Assembly: GCF_900113805.1 (NCBI RefSeq)
Contig: NZ_FOQT01000001.1
Span: 722,411-786,410 of the forward strand
DNA length: 64,000 nucleotides
From: Halpernia frigidisoli
GTDB taxonomy: Bacteria > Bacteroidota > Bacteroidia > Flavobacteriales > Weeksellaceae
Direction: 5' to 3'
The notes under the pieces were generated by a model. The model saw only the letters and a list, made by a program, of their open reading frames with translations, made no database searches and was not told the DNA's origin. Positions 19,451-30,600 of the stretch are shown here, in pieces. Every line of letters begins with the position of its first letter. Position 1 is the first letter of the stretch. Both the position numbers and the translations under genes were made by a program.

Positions 19451-22096
19451 TTAATTATTATCTTCTTCCTCACTTTCATCCTCCAGATCTGCATTTTTCT
19501 GAGCTTCTTCCTCTTCAATTTGCTTTAAAACTTCTGGATCACCAATATTTAAAACATTATCTCCGGTTTCCGGAATATTTGAGGTTTCAGGATTATTACT
19601 ATCAATCACAATTTCCGCATCTTCATCGATTTCTTCAGCAACTTCCTTATCCATTTCTACTTTCGCGATCGCCGCGATTTCATCATCTTTACGAAGATTT
19701 ATCATTCTAACGCCTTGCGTATTTCTACCCATCACGCGCATGTTATCCATATTCATACGGATCGCAACGCCGGATTTATTAATTATCATTAAACCATCTT
19801 CATCGGTAACAGACTGAATTGCAATAAGATTTCCGGTTTTTTCTGTTATGTTTAATGTGATAACACCTTTTCCACCACGGTTTGTAATTCTGTAATCTTC
19901 AACCGCCGTTCTTTTACCGTAACCTTTCTCGGAAACTACTAAAACTGTATCATTTTCTAAATCATTTACAGCAATCATACCAATTACTTCATCGCCGTCA
20001 GTCAAACTAATTCCACGAACTCCGATCGATCCTCTTCCAACTGCTCTTGCTTTTTCTTCCGGAAAACGGATACATTTACCATTTTTAGTAGCAATCATGA
20101 TCTGGGAATTTCCATCTGTTAATTTTGCACCTAAAAGAACATCATCTTCGCGAATTTCAATAGCATTAATTCCATTTACTCGAGGTCTGGAATAGGCTTC
20201 CAAAGACGTTTTCTTAATAGTTCCGTTTTTGGTGATCATCACAACATTCATTTTCTGAATGTATTCTTTATCCTTTAAATCATTGGTTCTTATGTAAGCC
20301 TTGATTTTATCATCAGGTTCAATATTAATTAAATTTTGAACGGCTCTACCTTTTGAAGTTTTAGAACCTTCCGGAATTTCAAAAACACGCAACCAGTAAC
20401 ATTTTCCTTTTTCGGTAAAAAACATTAAATATTGGTGATTGGTTGCCGTCACAATATATTCCAGAAAATCTGCGTCTCTTGTAGTTGCAGCGCGGTTTCC
20501 AACACCACCTCTACTTTGCACTTTATATTCAGAAAGTAAAGTTCTTTTAACATATCCTGCATGAGAAATCGTTAAAACAACACTTTCGTTTGGAATGATA
20601 TCTTCGATGGACATTTCGCCACCGCTGTAATCTATTTCCGTTCTTCTTTCGTCACCGTATTTTTCTTTTACTTCTAAAAGTTCTTCTTTAATAATTTCAA
20701 AACGTCTTGGTTCATTATCCAAAATATCTTGTAAATCATTAATTAAAGCCATTATTTCGTCATATTCCGCACGGATCTTATCCAATTCCATTCCCGTCAA
20801 ACGAGCCAGACGCATATCTAAGATCGCCTGTGCCTGAATGTCAGAAAGTTCAAATTCATCAATCAAACCTTGTTTTGCATCGGCTGGATTTGAACTGTTT
20901 CGAATGATTCTAATTGCTGTATCTAAAGAATCCTGCGTTCCAATCACCTTCATGAAACCTTCTAAGATGTGCGCTCTTTCTTTCGCTTTTTTAATTTCAA
21001 AAGTCGTTCTTCTAACCACCACTTCATGTCTGTGATCAACGAAATGACGAATCAGATCTTTTACATTTAATTGAACCGGACGACCACCAACTAAAGCAAT
21101 ATTATTACAACTAAAAGATGTCTGAAGTGCGGTATATTTATAAAGTAAATTTAAAACTACATTTGGAATTGCATCATTTTTAAGTTCATAAACGACACGC
21201 AAACCATTTCTATCAGACTCATCACGGATTTCATAAATTCCGGGAATTTTATCATCTTTTACTAAATCCGCAGTTCTTGCTATCATATCCGCTTTGTTCA
21301 CCTGATAAGGAACTTCAGTTACGATAATTGCATTTCTGTTGTGTACTTCTTCAAAATTAATCTTCGCGCGAAGAACAATTCTACCTCTTCCTGTGTGCAA
21401 AGCTTCGCGAACGCCATCGTAACCATAAATAATTCCACCTGTCGGGAAATCTGGTGCGATGATATGCTGCATTAATTCATCAATGGTGATTTCGTTATTA
21501 TCAATATAAGCACAAATTCCGTTGATACTTTCCGTAAGATTATGAGGCGCCATATTCGTCGCCATACCAACTGCAATACCGGAAGTTCCATTAACCAAAA
21601 GATTTGGAATTCTACTTGGCATCACTTTCGGTTCAGTTAAACTATCGTCAAAATTAAATTGAAAATCAACCGTATCTTTATCTAAATCTGAAAGAATATC
21701 ATCTGAAATTTTCTTTAATCTTGCTTCGGTATAACGCATTGCTGCAGGCGGATCGCCGTCCATGGAACCAAAATTTCCCTGTCCATCAACTTGCGGATAA
21801 CGCAAACTCCACGGTTGCGCCATTCTCACCATCGCATCATAAACGGAAGAGTCTCCGTGTGGATGGTATTTACCTAAAACATCACCAACAATTCTGGCAG
21901 ATTTTAAATGTTTCCTGTTAGAAAAAACGTTCAAGCCATACATTCCGTATAAAACTCTTCTATGAACGGGTTTCAAGCCATCTCTCACATCTGGCAATGC
22001 TCTGGAAACAATTACCGACATTGAATAATCAATGTAAGACGACTTCATTTCATCAACAATGTTGATAGGAATTAACCTTTCTCCTTCTTTATGCAT
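19451..22096 (-). CDS. gyrA: DNA gyrase subunit A
   Basis: It has the topoisomerase II A-subunit catalytic region ([10 protein letters not shown], active-site Tyr), beta-pinwheel repeats and an acidic C-terminal tail. Confidence 0.85.
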   Translation of the reverse strand: MHKEGERLIPINIVDEMKSSYIDYSMSVIVSRALPDVRDGLKPVHRRVLYGMYGLNVFSNRKHLKSARIVGDVLGKYHPHGDSSVYDAMVRMAQPWSLRYPQVDGQGNFGSMDGDPPAAMRYTEARLKKISDDILSDLDKDTVDFQFNFDDSLTEPKVMPSRIPNLLVNGTSGIAVGMATNMAPHNLTESINGICAYIDNNEITIDELMQHIIAPDFPTGGIIYGYDGVREALHTGRGRIVLRAKINFEEVHNRNAIIVTEVPYQVNKADMIARTADLVKDDKIPGIYEIRDESDRNGLRVVYELKNDAIPNVVLNLLYKYTALQTSFSCNNIALVGGRPVQLNVKDLIRHFVDHRHEVVVRRTTFEIKKAKERAHILEGFMKVIGTQDSLDTAIRIIRNSSNPADAKQGLIDEFELSDIQAQAILDMRLARLTGMELDKIRAEYDEIMALINDLQDILDNEPRRFEIIKEELLEVKEKYGDERRTEIDYSGGEMSIEDIIPNESVVLTISHAGYVKRTLLSEYKVQSRGGVGNRAATTRDADFLEYIVTATNHQYLMFFTEKGKCYWLRVFEIPEGSKTSKGRAVQNLINIEPDDKIKAYIRTNDLKDKEYIQKMNVVMITKNGTIKKTSLEAYSRPRVNGINAIEIREDDVLLGAKLTDGNSQIMIATKNGKCIRFPEEKARAVGRGSIGVRGISLTDGDEVIGMIAVNDLENDTVLVVSEKGYGKRTAVEDYRITNRGGKGVITLNITEKTGNLIAIQSVTDEDGLMIINKSGVAIRMNMDNMRVMGRNTQGVRMINLRKDDEIAAIAKVEMDKEVAEEIDEDAEIVIDSNNPETSNIPETGDNVLNIGDPEVLKQIEEEEAQKNADLEDESEEEDNN

Positions 22097-22243
22097 AAAT
22101 ATTTTTTAATAATATGATAATCAAAACTTTATAAGCCTGATCATTAGTTTTTTGTTTTCAGTTTTATATAACGCGCTAAATTACGAAAAAATACCGATTT
22201 TTGCAGTCAATAATTTAGTTAAAATCATAAAAAAAATATAAAA

Positions 22244-22558
22244 ATGAGCCTCTTAAGCATCACATTTCACACGCCGGAACATCTTTTTGAGCAGTGGGAA
22301 AATTTTCAAAATAATTCTTTAGAAAATCTTATTGATAATTTAATTCAGGTGGAAAAATTTATTTTGTCTGAGGTTGAAAGCGACATGCTTCAGGAAGGAA
22401 AAAACACCAACCTTCTTTTAATTTTTGAAGATGAAACATTACGGGAAGAATTTGTGAAAAGCGAATTTGAAAATATAACACATCATATACATAAAGAATT
22501 TGGCGAAGAAATAATGGTTTTTATGACCTATTTAAATCCGAAAAAAACCCGAATGTAG
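22244..22558 (+). CDS. hypothetical protein
   Basis: It is an ORF with no recognisable motif. Confidence 0.3.
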   Translation: MSLLSITFHTPEHLFEQWENFQNNSLENLIDNLIQVEKFILSEVESDMLQEGKNTNLLLIFEDETLREEFVKSEFENITHHIHKEFGEEIMVFMTYLNPKKTRM

Positions 22559-22594
22559 ATTCAGGTTTTTAAATATTTTAGTTAAAAGTTAGTT

Positions 22595-23278
22595 CTATTT
22601 TCTTGACATCAAAATTCTCAAAACGTACCAGAACAGTAACATTATTGATGAAAATAAAAGCAAGGATGCGCCAACATATTGGTCTGTAGAATAAGTGTCT
22701 TTCAATTTACTCGTTTGGTATAAAATGGCGCCACTCGCTAAAATAACCATTCCCACAGAAAACCAAAGTCCAAGATTAAAACCGAAAATTGCGCCTGCAA
22801 CAATCAAACCTAAAGCGACAAAACCGCCAACCGTAATTGCTGTTCTTAAAAAAGAAAAATCGGTGTTCGTCATAAAAACAACTGCCGTTAATCCTGCAAA
22901 AAGTGCAACAGTAATTAAACCTGCCTGTTGAATAATTTCCAAACCTGCGTAACGAGTGGCGATGAAAATTAATGGTAAAAATATAACGGATTCTAAGATT
23001 ACATAAAATCCTAAACCCGCATATTGCACATTTTTATCCTGAGACAAAGTCCATTTTTCTGAAACATAAGAACCGAGCCAGAAAAGCCCCAAAATACCAA
23101 GCCAGATAAATCTTCCGCCAAGCATTTTCATAATTAATTCATCCGGAATATATTTTAACAAAAGGCTTTCAACTACCATAAATGCTAAGATTGCCAACGC
23201 AACGTGCATGTAAGTTTTTTTGTAAAATTCTGCTCTTTCAGATTCCTGAGCGCGGGAAAGTTGTATGGAATTATTCAT
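22595..23278 (-). CDS. Bax inhibitor-1/YccA family membrane protein
   Basis: Seven predicted TM helices, a length of about 227 aa and typical BI-1 N-terminal region are present. Confidence 0.7.
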   Translation of the reverse strand: MNNSIQLSRAQESERAEFYKKTYMHVALAILAFMVVESLLLKYIPDELIMKMLGGRFIWLGILGLFWLGSYVSEKWTLSQDKNVQYAGLGFYVILESVIFLPLIFIATRYAGLEIIQQAGLITVALFAGLTAVVFMTNTDFSFLRTAITVGGFVALGLIVAGAIFGFNLGLWFSVGMVILASGAILYQTSKLKDTYSTDQYVGASLLLFSSIMLLFWYVLRILMSRK

Positions 23279-23345
23279 ATTTTTTATTATTTTAAAGGAC
23301 GAAATTAAGCAATTTTTTAAATATTTGTATTATAAAATAATGCAT

Positions 23346-24194
23346 TTAAAAGACTTCGATACTGAAACTTTTTTCAACTTCAGCATTTCCTTCTAATTTT
23401 CGAATGCCTTCTTTTTCGGTTAAATTTCCGGTTGAAGTTTGAGAATCAGCAATTCCCAACCAAGGTTCGATGCATAAAAAGGGCACGCCTTTTTTCGTCC
23501 AGATTCCGAGATAAGGAAAGTCTTTAAAATGAACTGAGATTTGCGGTTTTTTATCTTTAAACAAAGTTAAATTTGATGTGCTTGAGTTTTTAAAAACCAA
23601 AGCATCGTTTTCAAAAAGTTCATATTTTAAAGGTAAAAGGTTTGTTTTTAAATTTATATCAACAGTTTTTCCCGATAATAATTCATTATCTAATTGATGT
23701 GAAATCAAAGAATTATTATTATCAAATTCTAATTCGTACTCTTCAAAATTGCCGTCAATAGCAAATGCGGGATGTGCGCCAAGTGAAAAATACATTTTAT
23801 CGTTATCTAAATTTAGAATTTTATAAATGATATATAGTTGGCTTTCAAATAGTTCATTAGTAATTTGCAATTCAAATTTAAAAGGATAAATCTTCAAAGT
23901 TTCTTCGGAATATTTTAAGGAAAATACCGCAGAATCATCGGTTTTTGATATTAATTCAAAATCATGATCTCTTGCGAAACCGTGTCGTGAAAGCGAATAA
24001 CTTTCATCTAAATAATTATATTTTCCATCTTTTAAACCACCAACTATTGGGAAAAGAATGGGCGAAGTTTTGTTCCAAAAACTTTTATCAATCGTCCAGA
24101 TTACATTTTTGCCATCTTTTATTAAAGTCTCCAATTCTGCGCCTTTATGAAGAATTGTCGCCGTTAAAAAAGAATTTTTAATTGTTGTTTTCAT
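23346..24194 (-). CDS. aldose 1-epimerase family protein
   Basis: The beta-sandwich mutarotase-like pattern (HPAF, GLKDG) is present, but with only moderate certainty. Confidence 0.5.
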   Translation of the reverse strand: MKTTIKNSFLTATILHKGAELETLIKDGKNVIWTIDKSFWNKTSPILFPIVGGLKDGKYNYLDESYSLSRHGFARDHDFELISKTDDSAVFSLKYSEETLKIYPFKFELQITNELFESQLYIIYKILNLDNDKMYFSLGAHPAFAIDGNFEEYELEFDNNNSLISHQLDNELLSGKTVDINLKTNLLPLKYELFENDALVFKNSSTSNLTLFKDKKPQISVHFKDFPYLGIWTKKGVPFLCIEPWLGIADSQTSTGNLTEKEGIRKLEGNAEVEKSFSIEVF

Positions 24195-24216
24195 CTCTAA
24201 TTTTATTTAAATCAAT

Positions 24217-25242
24217 TTAAATTAAACTCAAAAATTTTAAAGTATTGACGTTGTCTGCATATGAATTTAAATCGGGTTGTTGCGCTTTACCAAAAGCTTC
24301 CGTTTTAAAATTATAATTTTCTTTTCCAACAATGCACTGAATATCTTGCTCATTTTCTTTGACAAAATTTTCCACTTCTTCTATGTTTTCATACCTCGAA
24401 AAATTAACTACAGATAATGGCGAAAATAAAGCGTCATCTTCTTTCAACATGACGAAATTATTATCCCAGAATAAATCCTGATTTAATAAATAAATGGCTT
24501 TATTGTAATCGTAATTATTGGCGTATTTATGGTGATTTATAATATCTTTAAATTCCAGAAAATTTAAAAATAATTTCTCTAAATTAAAATCCTTTGGAAT
24601 GAAAATCCGCGTTACATTTCTACAACCCAAGCCGAAATAAGTGAAAATATCCTGCGCTAAAAGTTGAAGTTGTTCTTCGCTTTCACTTCCGTTTAAAACC
24701 GAAATTGAAGTTCTGTTTTTACGAATAATTCGGTCATAATCTTTAAAATAGTATTCTAAATATCTTGCCGTATTATTACTTCCTGTTGCGATAACGGCAT
24801 CAAAATTTTCCAGTTTTTCGACAAATTCAAAATTTATTTGATCGTCAAAATTTTTCCATAATTTTAATAAAAACGGTATCATTCTTTTATCTTTTGACGA
24901 TAATTTGATCAAAGGAATATTTTGGCTTAAAATCACGCAAATAATGTCATGAAATCCGACCAAAGGAATATTTCCTGCTAAAATTAATCCTACTTTTTTC
25001 GGTTGATTTGAAAATTTATAATCCGAAAGCCAGTTTTCCAGGTTTTCTTCTTTCAAAAGATCCGACCAATCTTTTAAGGCTAATTTTTGATAATCTTTTG
25101 TAAACCAAGGGTTTTCATATTCTGAAATTCTGATTACATCAGTTAATTCAATATCTAAATCACCAAAATTTTCTTCACTTTTCGCTAAAAAATCTTTTAA
25201 ATAGGATCCCAATTTTGCAAGTCCTGAAATGCTTTTAATCAC
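24217..25242 (-). CDS. acyl-CoA reductase (LuxC-like) family protein
   Basis: Its length and motifs fit the LuxC family. It is transcribed divergently from a ferredoxin gene. Confidence 0.5.
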   Translation of the reverse strand: MIKSISGLAKLGSYLKDFLAKSEENFGDLDIELTDVIRISEYENPWFTKDYQKLALKDWSDLLKEENLENWLSDYKFSNQPKKVGLILAGNIPLVGFHDIICVILSQNIPLIKLSSKDKRMIPFLLKLWKNFDDQINFEFVEKLENFDAVIATGSNNTARYLEYYFKDYDRIIRKNRTSISVLNGSESEEQLQLLAQDIFTYFGLGCRNVTRIFIPKDFNLEKLFLNFLEFKDIINHHKYANNYDYNKAIYLLNQDLFWDNNFVMLKEDDALFSPLSVVNFSRYENIEEVENFVKENEQDIQCIVGKENYNFKTEAFGKAQQPDLNSYADNVNTLKFLSLI

Positions 25243-25305
25243 TGCTTTATTCTTTTTAATGTGGTAAAAAATCGTTAAATTTGTGCAAATTTAAAACAAT
25301 TAGAA

Positions 25306-25656
25306 ATGGCAATCAGAATAACTGATGAATGTATAAATTGTGGCGCCTGTGAACCGGAATGTCCAAATAACGCAATATATGAAGGCGCTGTCGATTGGAA
25401 AGCCTCTGATGGAACGGCTCTAAAAGGAAAAGTTACTTTAACTTCGGGATTAACCTTAGACGCAGATTCTCCGCAGGAACCTGTGAGCGATGATGTTTAC
25501 TTTATCGTCACAGATAAATGCACGGAATGTATGGGATTTCATGAAGAACCGCAATGCGCGGCAGTTTGCCCGGTAGATTGCTGTATTCCAGACGAAGATC
25601 ACGTAGAATCTGAGGAAAGTCTTTTGGCGAAAAAAGATTTTTTACATCAGGATTAA
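25306..25656 (+). CDS. 4Fe-4S ferredoxin
   Basis: Two CxxCxxC...CP cluster motifs (CINCGACEPECP and CTECMG...CAAVCP) are present. Confidence 0.85.
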   Translation: MAIRITDECINCGACEPECPNNAIYEGAVDWKASDGTALKGKVTLTSGLTLDADSPQEPVSDDVYFIVTDKCTECMGFHEEPQCAAVCPVDCCIPDEDHVESEESLLAKKDFLHQD

Positions 25657-25704
25657 AATAAATTCGTTTTTACTAAAACATTACAATTCATTTAAATATT
25701 TAAA

Positions 25705-26769
25705 ATGACTAAAATTCATAATTTCAGTGCTGGTCCGTGTATTTTACCTCAGGAAGTATTTCAAAAGTCGGCAGAAGCAATTCTTGATTTTAATGGAAGC
25801 GGACTTTCTTTATTGGAAATTTCTCACAGAAGCAAAGATTTTGTAGCCGTGATGGACGAAGCCAGAGCAATCATCAAAAGATTGATGAATCTGGGCGATG
25901 ATTACGAAGTTCTTTATCTTCAGGGCGGCGCAAGTTTGCAGTTTGCAATGGTTCCTTTTAATTTAATGAAATTAGAAAGCGGAAAAGCGGCTTACACAGA
26001 CACCGGAACCTGGGCTGCTGGTGCAATAAAAGAAGCAAAAAAATTAGGAAAAGTGGATGTTGTAGGTTCTTCAAAAGAGGAAAATTATTCTTTTATTCCG
26101 AAAGATTTTAAAATCGGTTCAGAATATGATTATTTTCATTGCACGTCAAACAATACGATTTACGGCACAGAAATGAAGACTTTTCCGAAAGTTGATACTT
26201 TGCTGGTTTGCGATATGAGTTCGGATATTTTTAGCCGAGTTATAGATTTTTCTCAATTTGATTTAATTTATGCTGGTGCTCAAAAAAATATGGGACCTGC
26301 AGGAACTACTTTGGTCGTCGTAAAAAAAGAAATTTTAGGAAAATCCGGTAGAGATATTCCTTCGATGCTGGATTATTCTTTACATATCGCAAAAGAATCA
26401 ATGTATAATACGCCGCCAGTTTTCGCGGTTTATGCATCACTTTTAACTTTGCAGCATTTAGAAAATAATGGCGGAATTGCTGCAGCAGAAAAAAATAATA
26501 TCGCAAAAGCAGAATTAATTTATAACGAAATCGATAGAAATCCTTTATTTGCAACTTACTGTAAAGTTGAAGACCGTTCGTTGATGAATGCATGTTTTAA
26601 ATTGACTGACGAATCAAAAAAAGAAGAATTTGATGCCGCCTGGAAAGCCGCTGGAATTAACGGATTAAATGGACACCGAAGTTTAGGCGGTTACCGAGCA
26701 AGTATGTACAATGCTTTACCTCTAGAAAGTGTTCAGGTTTTGGTTGATGTTATAAAAAATCTAAAATAA
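25705..26769 (+). CDS. serC: 3-phosphoserine/phosphohydroxythreonine aminotransferase
   Basis: The FSAGPC N-terminus and a PLP-lysine region (GAQKNMGPAG) match SerC. Confidence 0.9.
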   Translation: MTKIHNFSAGPCILPQEVFQKSAEAILDFNGSGLSLLEISHRSKDFVAVMDEARAIIKRLMNLGDDYEVLYLQGGASLQFAMVPFNLMKLESGKAAYTDTGTWAAGAIKEAKKLGKVDVVGSSKEENYSFIPKDFKIGSEYDYFHCTSNNTIYGTEMKTFPKVDTLLVCDMSSDIFSRVIDFSQFDLIYAGAQKNMGPAGTTLVVVKKEILGKSGRDIPSMLDYSLHIAKESMYNTPPVFAVYASLLTLQHLENNGGIAAAEKNNIAKAELIYNEIDRNPLFATYCKVEDRSLMNACFKLTDESKKEEFDAAWKAAGINGLNGHRSLGGYRASMYNALPLESVQVLVDVIKNLK

Positions 26770-26774
26770 TCTCA

Positions 26775-27734
26775 ATGAAAGTTTTAGCAAACGACGGCAT
26801 TTCTGAAAGTGCAATAAAACTTATCGAAGAAGCCGGAATTGAATTTTTAAATCAACGCGTTTCGGCTGAACATTTGGCAAATTTTATTAATGAAAATCAA
26901 GTAGATGTTCTTTTGGTGAGAAGTGCGACAAAGGTTCGAAAAGAATTAATTGAAAATTGCCCAAGTTTAAAAATTATTGGTCGCGGTGGAATCGGGATGG
27001 ATAATATCGATGTTGATTTTGCCAAAGAAAAAGGAATTAAAGTAATTAATACGCCAACTGCTTCTTCAAAATCTGTTGCAGAATTGGTTTTCGGCCACTT
27101 TTTCACAATGGCGCGTTTTCTTCATGAGTCAAATCGTTTGATGCCTTTGGAAGGTGATAGCCGTTTTAACGATCTGAAAAAAGATTTTAAAAATGCCTAC
27201 GAACTTTCAGGTAAAACTTTAGGTGTAATTGGCTTTGGTTCTATCGGTCAGGAGGTTATAAAAATAGGAATTGGTTTGGGAATGATGATTAAAGTCTGCA
27301 CAAGGCAACCAAAAACTGAAACTCTGAAACTGGATTTTTTTGATGGACAATCTGTAGATTTTAAAATTACTTCCACCAATAATATGGAAGAATTTTTAGA
27401 AGATTGTGATTTTATTTCCATCAACACACCAAAAACTACTGAATATATTTTATCCAGTGCCGAATTTGAAAAAATGAAAAATGGTGTATTTATTGTAAAT
27501 ACTTCACGGGGCGGAGTTTTAGATGAAGTTGCGATGATAAATTTCATTGAAAATAAAAAAATTGCAGGCGTTGCTCTTGATGTTTTTGAAAGTGAACCAA
27601 CTCCCGAGCTTGCTTTACTAATGAATCCAGCGCTATCTTTGTCGCCACATGTTGGCGGTAACACTGTAGATGCTCAAAATAAGATTGGATTAGAACTCGC
27701 AAAACAAATTATTGCACTAAATAAAGATTTATAA
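26775..27734 (+). CDS. serA: D-3-phosphoglycerate dehydrogenase (D-2-hydroxyacid dehydrogenase family)
   Basis: A Rossmann GxGxxG motif (GVIGFGSIG) and a catalytic His region are present. It lies 5 bp downstream of serC. Confidence 0.8.
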   Translation: MKVLANDGISESAIKLIEEAGIEFLNQRVSAEHLANFINENQVDVLLVRSATKVRKELIENCPSLKIIGRGGIGMDNIDVDFAKEKGIKVINTPTASSKSVAELVFGHFFTMARFLHESNRLMPLEGDSRFNDLKKDFKNAYELSGKTLGVIGFGSIGQEVIKIGIGLGMMIKVCTRQPKTETLKLDFFDGQSVDFKITSTNNMEEFLEDCDFISINTPKTTEYILSSAEFEKMKNGVFIVNTSRGGVLDEVAMINFIENKKIAGVALDVFESEPTPELALLMNPALSLSPHVGGNTVDAQNKIGLELAKQIIALNKDL

Positions 27735-27737
27735 GAA

Positions 27738-28976
27738 ATGCCAAATTTTAGACCTTTCCGCGGTATAAGACCTGCAAAAGATTTTATAGAAATTTTTCCA
27801 ACACATCCTTTGGATAATTTTACACAAGCGGAAATTAACGAAAAATCTTCCGTAGATTCTTCCTATATCCAAATGGTAAAACCCTACGTAGTGAGCAAAT
27901 CCAAAGATATTGATAGAAATTTACGAAAAATAAGAACCAATTATGAAGAACTTTTAGGCGATCACAAATTAGTGCAGGATTCGTCTGCCTATTATTTATA
28001 TTCTCAAATTTATCCAAATAAAAATGTATTTCGCGGTTTGCTTGGTCTTGTAAGTGTAGAAGATTTTTTTGAAGGAAAAATTAAAAAGCACGAATCGACA
28101 ATTACCACAAAAAAGGAAAAACTTGCTTTTTATTTAGAAAAGGTTAATATTCAGGCAGAGCCGGTTTTATTGACTTATAATTCAAATTCTAAGGTAGAAT
28201 TGTTGATGAATTACGAAGAAAAGAATATTCCAATTTTAAATTACGTAGATGATGCAGGCACACGTCATAAAATCTGGAAAATAGACAACCGTCTAAAAAT
28301 GAAGGAATTAAAAGATGTTATTGAGCAAATTGATGCTTTTTACATCGCTGATGGACATCACAGAATGGGCGCCGCTGCACTTAACGCAAAACAGCAAAAG
28401 GCAAAAAATAAAAAACACAATGGTACAGAGGCTTACAACTATATTTTTAGCTATATCGTATCAAATCAGTCTATAAAAATTAACGATTATAACAGATTAT
28501 TAAAAGACCTCAATGGACTTTCTGCCGAAGAATTTTTAAAAAAATTGGAAACAAACTTTTTAATCCACGAAAAGGGAGAAAACCCTTATTTTCCTTCCAA
28601 AAAATTTCACTTCAGTATGTATCTGGAAGGTAAATTTTATAGTTTACACGTAAAACATGAAATTAGGGAAACCGCAGAAATTGATGATATCGATCAATTG
28701 TTGATTAGTAATTATATTTTTAAAGATATTTTAGACATCAAAGATCCAAAAATTTCTGATGATATTACTTATATCAAAGGAGATTCCAGTATAAATGGTA
28801 TTTTAAAATTAAAAGAAGAAGTAGATTCCGGCAACTTTAAAGTTGGTTTCGGTTTGTATCCCGTTAGTTTTTCTGATATTATAAAAATTTCCGATGAGAA
28901 ACTCGTTATGCCGCCAAAATGCACATTCGTGGAACCAAAATTGATCACGGCTTTAGTAATGTATGATATGAAATAG
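27738..28976 (+). CDS. DUF1015 domain protein
   Basis: The N-terminus FRPFRGIRP and a length of about 412 aa match DUF1015. Confidence 0.65.
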   Translation: MPNFRPFRGIRPAKDFIEIFPTHPLDNFTQAEINEKSSVDSSYIQMVKPYVVSKSKDIDRNLRKIRTNYEELLGDHKLVQDSSAYYLYSQIYPNKNVFRGLLGLVSVEDFFEGKIKKHESTITTKKEKLAFYLEKVNIQAEPVLLTYNSNSKVELLMNYEEKNIPILNYVDDAGTRHKIWKIDNRLKMKELKDVIEQIDAFYIADGHHRMGAAALNAKQQKAKNKKHNGTEAYNYIFSYIVSNQSIKINDYNRLLKDLNGLSAEEFLKKLETNFLIHEKGENPYFPSKKFHFSMYLEGKFYSLHVKHEIRETAEIDDIDQLLISNYIFKDILDIKDPKISDDITYIKGDSSINGILKLKEEVDSGNFKVGFGLYPVSFSDIIKISDEKLVMPPKCTFVEPKLITALVMYDMK

Positions 28977-28987
28977 GATAATTTTCT

Positions 28988-29146
28988 GGGCGCCTTGATC
29001 CGTCTTCCGTTCCCAAAACAAAGTATGAGTTTCGACAATTTAAATAAAAAAAATAAAATTTTAGTCAATCTTTTTGCAATTAAATTTATTTTTTAAAAAC
29101 AAAAACTTCACCGGCAAAAAGGATTTCCACTCAAGCCGGGGCGCAG
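28988..29146 (-). repeat. structured intergenic repeat, copy 1 (inverted orientation, long AT-rich middle)
   Basis: The reverse complement reads CTGCGCCCCGGCTTGAGTGGAAATCCTTTT...GGGAACGGAAGACGGATCAAGGCGCC. It shares both end modules with copies at 36078 and 55780. Confidence 0.6.
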
Positions 29147-29220
29147 GTTTTAGCCAATTTTCAAGAGTTCTTATAACTTAGAAAAAATTATTTATGTCAT
29201 TAATTAAATAAACTTTAATT

Positions 29221-30600
29221 TTGAAAAACATTCAAAAAACTATGAAAAAATTCACAATATTATTTCCGCTCTTTTTGGGCGGATTATTTTTTGCCCAATC
29301 TAAAACAGATTCATTACAATTTAAACAAATCTCTGATCAGATTTTAACACAAGGTCTGGCTTATAATGATTTGCGAGAACTTACCAAAAATATCGGCCAT
29401 CGTTTAAGCGGTTCCAAAGCCTACGAAAACGCAACAAAATGGGCTTACGATAAATTGAAAGAAGCCGGCGCAGACAAAGTTTGGTATCAGGATGTGATGG
29501 TCCCGGTTTGGGTAAGAGGAAAAGAATCACTTCAAATTAAAACTCAAAACGGCAGTTATAAAACTCTAAATATGCTTTCCATCGGAAATACCGAAGGAAC
29601 TTCTGGTAAAGACTTAATAGGGGAAATTATTTTAGTGAAAAGTCTGGAAGATTTAGATAAAATGAATGAAGCCGACGTAAAAGGAAAAATTGTCTTTTTT
29701 AATTATCCTTTTGATCAAACATTTATTTCGACTGGAAGCGCTTATGGCGATGCTGGAAAATACAGACAAAGATCTGCCTCAGTCGTTGCTAAAAAAGGTG
29801 GAAAAGCCATGATCATCAGATCGCTTTCCTCGGCTTTTGATGATGTTCCGCATACTGGAACGCAAACTTATGACTTAAAATTTCCAAAAATTCCAGCGGT
29901 TGCAATCGGTGTTAAAAGCGCAGATGAACTCGAAAGAACTTTAAAAACACAGAAAGTTTATACAAAGCTAAATTCAAATGCAACAATGAAAGCGGACAAA
30001 TTAAGCCATTCCGTGATCGGCGAATTAACCGGACAAAAAGACCAATCAGTAGTTGTAGTTGGTGGACATCTTGATTCATGGGATGTGGGCGAAGGCGCAA
30101 GCGATGATGGTTCGGGCATTGTGCAAAGTATCGAAGTTTTACGAACATTTAAAAAATTAAATATTTCAAATCAACACACAATTCGTGTGGTGTGCTTTGC
30201 AAATGAAGAAAATGGTGCAAATGGCGGAAAGAAATATGCTGAAGAGGCCAAAAGAAAAGATGAAAAACATCTTTTTGCCATAGAAAGTGATTCCGGCGGT
30301 TTTACGCCACGTGGTTTTGGTCTGGTTATGAGCGAAGAGAAAAGAGATCAAATAAAATCCTGGGCGCCATTATTTTTTCCTTTTGGTATTTATGATTTCA
30401 CAAAAAAATATGCAGGAACCGATGTTGAACCTTTAGAAGCGTTGGGAACACCGACCGGTGAATTAGTTCCAGATTCTGCCAGATATTTTGATATTCACCA
30501 CACAGCGGAAGATACTTTTGAAAAAGTAAACCGCAGGGAATTGTTACAAGGTGCAAGTGCGATGACGCAGTTGATTTATATGATCGATAAAAACTGGTAA
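29221..30600 (+). CDS. M28 family metallopeptidase with a PA domain
   Basis: A signal peptide is followed by M28 zinc ligands (HLDSWD, DDGSG, NEENG). The likely start is MKKFTILF at 29242. Confidence 0.75.
   Translation: MKNIQKTMKKFTILFPLFLGGLFFAQSKTDSLQFKQISDQILTQGLAYNDLRELTKNIGHRLSGSKAYENATKWAYDKLKEAGADKVWYQDVMVPVWVRGKESLQIKTQNGSYKTLNMLSIGNTEGTSGKDLIGEIILVKSLEDLDKMNEADVKGKIVFFNYPFDQTFISTGSAYGDAGKYRQRSASVVAKKGGKAMIIRSLSSAFDDVPHTGTQTYDLKFPKIPAVAIGVKSADELERTLKTQKVYTKLNSNATMKADKLSHSVIGELTGQKDQSVVVVGGHLDSWDVGEGASDDGSGIVQSIEVLRTFKKLNISNQHTIRVVCFANEENGANGGKKYAEEAKRKDEKHLFAIESDSGGFTPRGFGLVMSEEKRDQIKSWAPLFFPFGIYDFTKKYAGTDVEPLEALGTPTGELVPDSARYFDIHHTAEDTFEKVNRRELLQGASAMTQLIYMIDKNW

Noticed and set aside
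20838-21921. Plus-strand ORFs inside gyrA (20838-21035, 21721-21921)
   Set aside because: They are antisense to a highly conserved essential gene, 65-66 codons long, with no features.
28988-29146. The structured repeat as a tRNA, SRP RNA or RNase P fragment
   Set aside because: It has no cloverleaf, no conserved SRP domain IV motif and a variable AT-rich centre. It is retained as an unknown element rather than a named RNA.
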